A stretch of 64,000 bases of DNA from an uncultured Alphaproteobacteria bacterium (lineage in GTDB: Bacteria > Pseudomonadota > Alphaproteobacteria > Rhizobiales > Xanthobacteraceae), in NCBI GenBank assembly GCA_963761185.1, contig CAVXFY010000009.1, forward strand, positions 469,109 through 533,108. Reading direction: 5' to 3'. Positions 57,723-64,000 of the stretch are shown here, piece after piece. The notes under the pieces are model-generated. The model saw only the letters and a list, made by a program, of their open reading frames with translations, was not told the DNA's origin and made no database searches. Every line of letters begins with the position of its first letter. The first letter of the stretch is position 1. A program made the translations under genes and the position numbers.

Positions 57723-60295
57723 TGCTCGCGCCGGCGGCGAAACCCGTCCGTCATGTGCGGCTGCGTATCGCGCTGCGCTTTGCCTGGCGCGAATTGCGCG
57801 GCGGCGTGCGCGGTTTCGGGGTGTTCATCGCCTGCATCGCGCTCGGCGTCATGGCCATTGCCGGCGTCGGCTCGGTGGCGGCGAGCCTCAATGACGGATT
57901 GGCCAGCGCCGGGCGCACCATCCTCGGCGGCGATCTCGATTTCTCGCTCATTCAGCGCGAGGCGAATGGGGCGGAGCGCGGCTTCCTCGATGCGCACGGC
58001 ACCGTGTCGGTTGCCGCCACGTTGCGCGCCATGGCGCGGACAAGCGACGGCCGCACCAACCTGGTCGAGGTCAAGGCCGTCGACGGCAATTATCCGCTGG
58101 TCGGCGCCGTTGTCACCGATCCGGCCATGCCGCTGCCTGATCTCTTCGCGCAGAAGGACGGCGCTTTCGGCGCGGCGGTCGACCCGACGCTGTTGACGCG
58201 GCTCGATCTGAAAACCGGTGACCGCATCGCCATCGGCGCTATCACGGTCGAATTGCGCGCGGCGCTCAAGAACGAGCCGGACAAGATCGGCGGCAATCTC
58301 GGCCTTGGCCCGCGCGTGCTGATGAGCGATCAGGCGCTGCGCGCCACCGGGCTGCTCCAGCCCGGCAGCCTCGTGCGCTGGCAATACCGGCTGCGTTTGC
58401 CGGAAGCGACCGCGAGCGACGGCGCGGTGGCGGCATTCGAGAAACAGGCGCAGCAGGATTTTCCGGACGCCGGCTGGGACATCCGCACCCGCAGCAAGGC
58501 CTCGCCGCAGCTTGAGCGCAGCGTCGATCGCTTCACCCAATTCCTGACGCTGGTCGGCCTGACCACGCTCTTGGTCGGCGGCGTCGGCGTCGCCAACGCG
58601 GTCGCGAGCCATCTGGCGAGGAAACGCGACGTGATCGCAACGATGAAGGCGCTCGGCGCCACGAGCGGCGATGTGTTCGCGGTCTATGGCACCGAAACTT
58701 TGCTGGTCGCGCTGTTCGCCACACTCATCGGCGCCGCGCTCGGCGCGGTATTGCCGTTCGCCATCGCCTGGGGCTTCGGCAGCATCATCCCGCTGCCGGT
58801 CGCACCGTCACTGCATCCCACCGTGCTGGCGCTGTCGATCGCCTACGGCCTCCTCACGGCGCTCGCCTTCGCGCTGTGGCCGCTCGGGCGCGCCCACGAT
58901 ATTTCCGTCACGATGCTGTTTCGCGATCAGATCGCAGCCGAACGCAACTGGCCGCGCCGCCGCTATGTGATCGCCACCGCGGCCATCGCCGCCCTGCTCG
59001 CGGCGCTCGCCGTCGTCACCAGCTACGATCCGCGCGTCGCCGTGTATTTCGTCATCGCCGCGGCTGTCGTTTTTCTGCTGCTGCGGCTCATCGCCCAGCT
59101 CACCATGGCGATCGCGCGCCGTGCGCCGCGCGTGCGCTCGACGGTCCTGCGGCTCGCCATCGGCAATATCCACCGGCCGGGCGCTTTGACGCCGAGCGTC
59201 GTGCTGTCGCTGGGCCTAGGCCTCGCGCTGCTCGTCACCGTGATCGAGATCGACGGCAATCTGCATCGCGAATTTGCCGCGGCATTGCCGGAACACGCGC
59301 CGACCTTCTTCTTCCTCGACGTGCCCGCGGCCGACGCCGACCGCTTCAGCGCCTTTGTCCGCAACGAAGCGCCGCATTCGAAAATCGAGCAGGTGCCGAT
59401 GCTGCGCGGCCGCATCGTCGCGGCGAAAGGCATCAAGGCCGACGATCTGAAGGCCGCCGAAGGCTCGCGCTGGGTGCTGCGCGGCGACCGCGGCATCACT
59501 TATGCGCGCAACGTGCCGGCGGGATCGCGCATCGTCGAGGGCGCGTGGTGGGATGCGAATTATTCCGGCGAGCCTTTGGTGTCGCTGGAAAGCCGCACCG
59601 CGCACGATCTCGACCTGAAGATCGGCGACACGATCACCGTCAATGTGCTCGGCCGCAACATCACGGCGCGGATCGCCAATCTGCGCGCCGTCGAATGGGA
59701 AAATCTCGGCATCAATTTCGTTCTGGTGTTCTCACCCGGTCCGTTCGACGGCGCGCCGCATACCGATATCGCGACGCTGACTTTTGCCGACGGCGGCACG
59801 CCGGCGGAGGAAACGTCAATCATCAAGGGCCTGGCCGATTCATTCCCGACGGTAACCGCGGTGCGGGTCAAGGACGCGCTTGACGCCGTCGGCGGGCTGA
59901 TCGGCAATCTGGTGCTGGCGCTGCGCGGCGCGAGCTCGATCACGCTCGTTGCCGCAGCGCTGGTGCTCGGCGGCGCACTGGCGGCGAGCCAGCGCTTTCG
60001 CATCTACGACGCCGTGGTGCTGAAAACCTACGGCGCAACGCGGCCGCGGCTCACCGCGGCCTATGCGCTGGAATATCTTTTGATCGGGCTGGCCACGGTT
60101 GTATTCGCCGTCGTCGCCGGATCCATCGCCGCCGATCTGATCGTGACCAAGGTGATGGATTTTCCCTTTGTCTTCGTTGCCGGCGCGGCGGCGGGCGCGG
60201 CGCTGAGCGCGCTTATGGTTACGGTTGTGGTCGGTCTGGCCGGAACTTTCTCGGCATTGGGCCGCAAACCCGCAGCCGTGCTGCGAAATCTCTAG
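57722..60295 (+). CDS. ABC transporter permease, duplicated FtsX domain (YbbP-like)
   Basis: About 857 aa. RFAWRELRGG.RGF.VFI.CI.LGV, with two FtsX-type 4-TM modules separated by large periplasmic loops. The ATG is at 57722; the track starts at 57608. Confidence 0.85.
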   Translation: MLAPAAKPVRHVRLRIALRFAWRELRGGVRGFGVFIACIALGVMAIAGVGSVAASLNDGLASAGRTILGGDLDFSLIQREANGAERGFLDAHGTVSVAATLRAMARTSDGRTNLVEVKAVDGNYPLVGAVVTDPAMPLPDLFAQKDGAFGAAVDPTLLTRLDLKTGDRIAIGAITVELRAALKNEPDKIGGNLGLGPRVLMSDQALRATGLLQPGSLVRWQYRLRLPEATASDGAVAAFEKQAQQDFPDAGWDIRTRSKASPQLERSVDRFTQFLTLVGLTTLLVGGVGVANAVASHLARKRDVIATMKALGATSGDVFAVYGTETLLVALFATLIGAALGAVLPFAIAWGFGSIIPLPVAPSLHPTVLALSIAYGLLTALAFALWPLGRAHDISVTMLFRDQIAAERNWPRRRYVIATAAIAALLAALAVVTSYDPRVAVYFVIAAAVVFLLLRLIAQLTMAIARRAPRVRSTVLRLAIGNIHRPGALTPSVVLSLGLGLALLVTVIEIDGNLHREFAAALPEHAPTFFFLDVPAADADRFSAFVRNEAPHSKIEQVPMLRGRIVAAKGIKADDLKAAEGSRWVLRGDRGITYARNVPAGSRIVEGAWWDANYSGEPLVSLESRTAHDLDLKIGDTITVNVLGRNITARIANLRAVEWENLGINFVLVFSPGPFDGAPHTDIATLTFADGGTPAEETSIIKGLADSFPTVTAVRVKDALDAVGGLIGNLVLALRGASSITLVAAALVLGGALAASQRFRIYDAVVLKTYGATRPRLTAAYALEYLLIGLATVVFAVVAGSIAADLIVTKVMDFPFVFVAGAAAGAALSALMVTVVVGLAGTFSALGRKPAAVLRNL

Positions 60296-60479
60296 AAACG
60301 CGGCGTTTGCCGGCTTTTAACCGGCCGCCGTTAAGCACCATGAATTGTTTGTAACGCCCATATTTATGGCGTCGCACCCATCTGGCGCGGACCCTGCTTT
60401 CGCACTAGATTCCCGCCACGTGGCGCTCGTCGAGCGCCTAGCCCGGTAAAGGTACCGGGACAACCCAGGGGTTAATTCC

Positions 60480-61235
60480 ATGTCCGACTTCGATCGGAAT
60501 TTCGCGACCACGAGGACCGGCTACCGCACGGACCAGGTTGCGATCGACGCGGGGCTGCGCGCCTATATGATCCGCGTCTACAACTATATGGCCGCCGGCG
60601 TCGCGCTGACCGGGCTGGTGGCATGGTTCACGTTCTCGGCCGCGGTGACGGATACCGGCGCCGGCCTGCAACTGACGTCGTTCGGCCACCTGATCTTCCA
60701 GAGCCCGCTGATGTGGGTGCTGGTTCTGGCGCCGCTGGCTTTGGTCTTTGCCATCTCGTTCGGCATCAACCGGCTGGCGCCGAGTACAGCGCTGACGCTG
60801 TTCTTCGTCTATGCCGGGCTGCTCGGCCTGTCGCTGGCGTCGATCTTCCTGATCTATACCGGCTCGTCGGTCACCCGCGTGTTCTTCATCTCGGCCGCGA
60901 CCTTCGGCGCGCTGAGTCTGTGGGGCTACACCACGCAGCGCGACCTCTCCGGCATGGGCTCGTTCCTGTTCATGGGCCTGATCGGCATCATCATCGCCAG
61001 CCTGGTCAACATCTTCCTGCGCTCGAGCGGGCTCGATTGGGCGATTTCGATCATGGGCGTAGGCATCTTCGCCGGCCTCACCGGCTATGACACCCAGCGT
61101 ATCAAGGAGATGTACAGCGCGCAGGACGACGGCACTGTCACCGGCCGCAAGGCGGTGATGGGCGCCCTGTCGCTCTATCTCGACTTCATCAACCTGTTCC
61201 TGATGCTGCTGCGCCTGATGGGCGACCGCCGCTAA
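60480..61235 (+). CDS. Bax inhibitor-1/YccA family membrane protein
   Basis: GLRAYMIRVYNYMA.GVALTG, seven TM segments and C-terminal LYLDFINLFL.LLR..G. Confidence 0.85.
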   Translation: MSDFDRNFATTRTGYRTDQVAIDAGLRAYMIRVYNYMAAGVALTGLVAWFTFSAAVTDTGAGLQLTSFGHLIFQSPLMWVLVLAPLALVFAISFGINRLAPSTALTLFFVYAGLLGLSLASIFLIYTGSSVTRVFFISAATFGALSLWGYTTQRDLSGMGSFLFMGLIGIIIASLVNIFLRSSGLDWAISIMGVGIFAGLTGYDTQRIKEMYSAQDDGTVTGRKAVMGALSLYLDFINLFLMLLRLMGDRR

Positions 61236-61263
61236 GCGATCAAGCCAAGTTCGACTGCGACGC

Positions 61264-61294
61264 TCCGGGCCCAAGCCCGGGGCGTTTTGTTTTT
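61264..61294 (+). terminator. rho-independent terminator candidate
   Basis: The CCGGGC/GCCCGG stem at 61265-61280 is followed by cgTTTTgTTTTT. It sits between the convergent BI-1 and MFS genes. Confidence 0.6.
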
Positions 61295-61298
61295 GCTG

Positions 61299-62480
61299 TT
61301 ACGTCTTCTTCGCGGAGAGACACAGCAACGCCGCCAAAGCGGCAAGACACAACGCCGCCGAGACGGCGATGACCCAAAGCCCCATGACGTCAAGCAGCAG
61401 CCCGAACAGCAACGGCGCGAAGGCTTGCGCTGCGCGGGCCGGCGCGCCGAGCAAGCCGGTGCGCTCGCCATAGCCGTGCGGGCCGAACACCGCGAGCGGC
61501 ACGGTGCCGCGCGCGATGGTGAGAAGGCCATTGCCGGCGCCGTAAAAGATAGCAAATGCGGCGGCGGCGGGCGCGCCGATGACGGCGAACAGCACGGCGC
61601 CGAGCGGATGCAGCGTGGCCGCGATCCGCGCCGAGACCAAGGGATGGATACGGCGCAGGATCACGAACTCGGCGAGCCGCGCCGCCACTTGCGCCGGACC
61701 GACCAAAGACGCCGCGGCAACCGCCTCGACCGGCGTCGAGCCGGCGCGTTCGAGCAGCGCCGGCAGATGCGACGCCATCGCGCCGGTGACGAACCAGGCG
61801 GCGGCAAACACGAAGGCGAGCAGAAACATTTCCCGGCGCGGCTCCCAGCCAATCGTTTTGTCTACAGCATGTGGAACCTGCGCGGGCTGCGCCGGCAGCG
61901 GCAACACCAGACGATTGAGCGGCAGGCCCAGCACGATGTTGAGCGCGGCCCAGACCAGCACGGTCTCACGCCAACCGAATGCGTCATTGAGAAACGTCGA
62001 GATCGGCCAGCTCACGGTCGAGGCGAAGCCGGCGAACAGCGTGACGCCGGTGATGGGGCCGCGGGCGTTTTGCCGATACAGCGCGGCCAGCGCGGCAAAG
62101 CCGGCGTCGTAAAGCCCGAGCGCCATGCCGATGCCCAGGATCGCCCAGGCGGCAAACAGCGTCACGATCCCGTTGGCGGCCGCGAGCGCGAGCAATCCGG
62201 CAGCCAGCACAATATTGGACAGCGCCAACACGCCGCGTCCGCCATAGCGGTCGATGAAACGGCCGACGACCGGCCCGGCGAAGGCCGCGATCAGGAGCGC
62301 CATCGAAAACGCGGCGAACACCCACGACCGCGGAACATGCAGGCTCACGCCGATCGGATCGGCAAGGATCGCCGGCAGGTAATAGCTCGAGGCCCAGGCC
62401 AGCGTCTGTGAAATGCCGAGCGCCGTGACGACGACGCGGCGCGAGCGCTCAGGCAGTTCGCGTGTCGTGTCTGCGCTCAT
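61299..62480 (-). CDS. MFS transporter
   Basis: 393 aa with 12 hydrophobic segments. Confidence 0.8.
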   Translation of the reverse strand: MSADTTRELPERSRRVVVTALGISQTLAWASSYYLPAILADPIGVSLHVPRSWVFAAFSMALLIAAFAGPVVGRFIDRYGGRGVLALSNIVLAAGLLALAAANGIVTLFAAWAILGIGMALGLYDAGFAALAALYRQNARGPITGVTLFAGFASTVSWPISTFLNDAFGWRETVLVWAALNIVLGLPLNRLVLPLPAQPAQVPHAVDKTIGWEPRREMFLLAFVFAAAWFVTGAMASHLPALLERAGSTPVEAVAAASLVGPAQVAARLAEFVILRRIHPLVSARIAATLHPLGAVLFAVIGAPAAAAFAIFYGAGNGLLTIARGTVPLAVFGPHGYGERTGLLGAPARAAQAFAPLLFGLLLDVMGLWVIAVSAALCLAALAALLCLSAKKT

Positions 62481-62581
62481 TTATGCTTTGCGCTCAAATC
62501 GCGATTCTCTGCCCGCGCAAGTTTTGCAGAAATCGGCGGGCGGGAGTAGCAACCCCGGGCAGAAGCGCGGAACATCGCACC

Positions 62582-63124
62582 ATGGCTGACACCAAATCGA
62601 TCGGCGGCATCACGCTGCGCCCGGCCGGCTCGGGCGATATCCCGGCCATCACCCGGATCTACGCCGACGCCGTCGCCCGCGGCACGGCGTCGTTCGAGCT
62701 TGAGCCGCCGGACGAAGCGGAAATGGTGCGGCGGCTGAACACGCTCCTGACCGGCGGCTATCCTTATCTGGTTGCCGAGCTTTCCGGCGCTATCGCCGGC
62801 TATGCCTATGCCGGGCCCTATCGCGCGCGGCCTGCCTACAAATGGACGGTCGAGAATTCGATCTATGTGGCGCCGGAATTTCACCGCCGCGGCATCGGGC
62901 TTGTCCTGCTCAAGCGGCTGATCGCGGACACCGAACAGCGCGGCTTCCGCCAGATGATCGCGGTGATCGGCGATTCGGCGCAAACGCCCTCCATCGCGCT
63001 CCATGCCGCAGCCGGCTTCGACATGATCGGCACCCTGCGCGCGGTCGGCTTCAAGCACGGCAAATGGCTCGATACGCCGCTGATGCAGATCTCGCTCGGC
63101 AAGGGCGATACGGCGGGGCCGTAA
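62582..63124 (+). CDS. GNAT acetyltransferase, phosphinothricin/MSO N-acetyltransferase-like
   Basis: ITLRPAGSGDIPAITRIYADAV..GTASFE.EPP...EM..R.....GGYPYLVAE..G...GYAYAGPYR.R.AY..TVE.SIYV.....RRGIG..LL. The ATG is at 62582. Confidence 0.75.
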   Translation: MADTKSIGGITLRPAGSGDIPAITRIYADAVARGTASFELEPPDEAEMVRRLNTLLTGGYPYLVAELSGAIAGYAYAGPYRARPAYKWTVENSIYVAPEFHRRGIGLVLLKRLIADTEQRGFRQMIAVIGDSAQTPSIALHAAAGFDMIGTLRAVGFKHGKWLDTPLMQISLGKGDTAGP

Positions 63125-63125
63125 A

Positions 63126-63491
63126 TTATCCCGCCACGACCCGCAGCGAACGGTCGAGCGCCGAGAGCACGCGATCGAGTTCGTGACCGCGGCGCAGGAT
63201 GTGGCCGGTCGCCGAAATCACGCTATAGGCGCCCTGGCGGCGTTCCAGTTTCGGATTCTTCTCGATGCGGTAGATCGGGATTTCCGAGGCGCGGCGGAAG
63301 ACGGAAAACACTGCGCGATCTTTGAGGAAATCGATTGCGTAATCACGCCATTCGCCGGCGGCAACTTTGCGGCCATAGAGCCCCAGAATACGGTCGAGCT
63401 CGCGCCGGCTGAAGGTAACCTTAGCTGCGGGGACGGAAGAACGCGGCTCGCCCCCGCGCCACGCGCTTGGTTCGGTCTCGCCGAAATCCAT
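63126..63491 (-). CDS. DUF2794-like protein
   Basis: VTFSRRELDRILGLYGRKVAAGEWRDYAIDFLKDRAVFSVFRRASEIPIYRIEK matches my memory of the DUF2794 core. The ATG is at 63491. Confidence 0.65.
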   Translation of the reverse strand: MDFGETEPSAWRGGEPRSSVPAAKVTFSRRELDRILGLYGRKVAAGEWRDYAIDFLKDRAVFSVFRRASEIPIYRIEKNPKLERRQGAYSVISATGHILRRGHELDRVLSALDRSLRVVAG

Positions 63492-63946
63492 ACGGCGCCT
63501 CCATTGTTGAACTTTCTGCTCAGGTCTCGCGTGATCCGGTTGCATCCGGTTGCGTCATTGAAGCTTCATGATCGCGCCAGAACGGACCGGCGGCAAGCCC
63601 CTCTTGCGCGCCGCAAGACTGTCTTCTGCACCTAATGCACCGCCGAGATGGCGCGGAAACGGGCACGCAGAGGAGCCCATTTGGCGCCGAGGAATTTGCG
63701 GTCGAAGCGAGCGACGCCTTGCGGCTGCGGCGTTATGGACAGTTGGAATCACGCGTTCGTTAAGCGAATCATAATCCGGCCCTAATTCGGTCAAGCACAA
63801 GCCAAGCTGGACTGCGAATAGATAACCTGTTGCCTCAGGGCCCGGTTCGGTTTGCGTTCCGGATTCCTCAGCCCCCCAGCCCCCCGGGGCGCGATCGGAC
63901 CGGGCCAGTAAGGTAGAAATCCCCCAAGTTGTCACAAGTGCTAAAA

Positions 63947-63978
63947 AGGCCGGCGAGTTGCCGGCCTTTCTTGTTGTT
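63947..63978. terminator. bidirectional rho-independent terminator candidate
   Basis: GGCCGGC (63948-63954) pairs with GCCGGCC (63960-63966). It is flanked by AAAAA upstream and TTTCTTGTTGTT downstream, so there is a U-run on either strand. Confidence 0.6.
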
Positions 63979-64000
63979 GGTCGCGCGACGGGGGCGTTAT

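Noticed and set aside
63600-63940. Two-piece alphaproteobacterial tmRNA (ssrA)
   Set aside because: There is no ANDN...AA-type tag reading frame and no GGTTCGA-type T-arm with an ACCA end on either strand.
63985-64000. gggggcgttat at the window edge as the 5' end of a tRNA
   Set aside because: Only 11-16 nt are visible, which is insufficient to support any RNA gene call.

Overview
This is a 64-kb chromosomal window from a high-GC alphaproteobacterium. Gene order and the intergenic repeat families look Hyphomicrobiales/Rhizobiales-like, but that is inference only. The backbone is housekeeping: infC-rpmI-rplT-pheS-pheT, priA divergent from xerC, the TCA block lpdA-sucB-sucA / sucD-sucC-mdh, zapE, a tesA/ybbA/ybbP-like module, gcdH, dps and tRNA-Arg(CCG). 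The accessory content is as follows. (i) A lower-GC left edge carries an IS1595 transposase fragment, a ParD/ParE pair, an orphan ORF and an IS110 element next to a REP hairpin pair. (ii) Two inverted IS481-type copies, one with a TAG nonsense codon, bracket a 3.6-kb five-gene module. (iii) A tightly packed minus-strand operon encodes a membrane protein, a wHTH regulator, a UppS-like cis-prenyltransferase and a B12-binding radical SAM enzyme. At least six intergenic palindromic repeat families recur. Many genes are broken. By my threading there are 10 reading-frame switches in pheT, 3 in rplT, 2 in pheS and 3 in an alpha/beta hydrolase. Single or double frameshifts occur in three other genes, and an SDR carries an in-frame TAA. 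The short genes interleaved with the broken ones are intact. This points to assembly or homopolymer error, or to real decay, and must be resolved from reads. No CRISPR array, prophage or recognisable defence system was seen. Function calls rest on remembered family motifs, not on searches.
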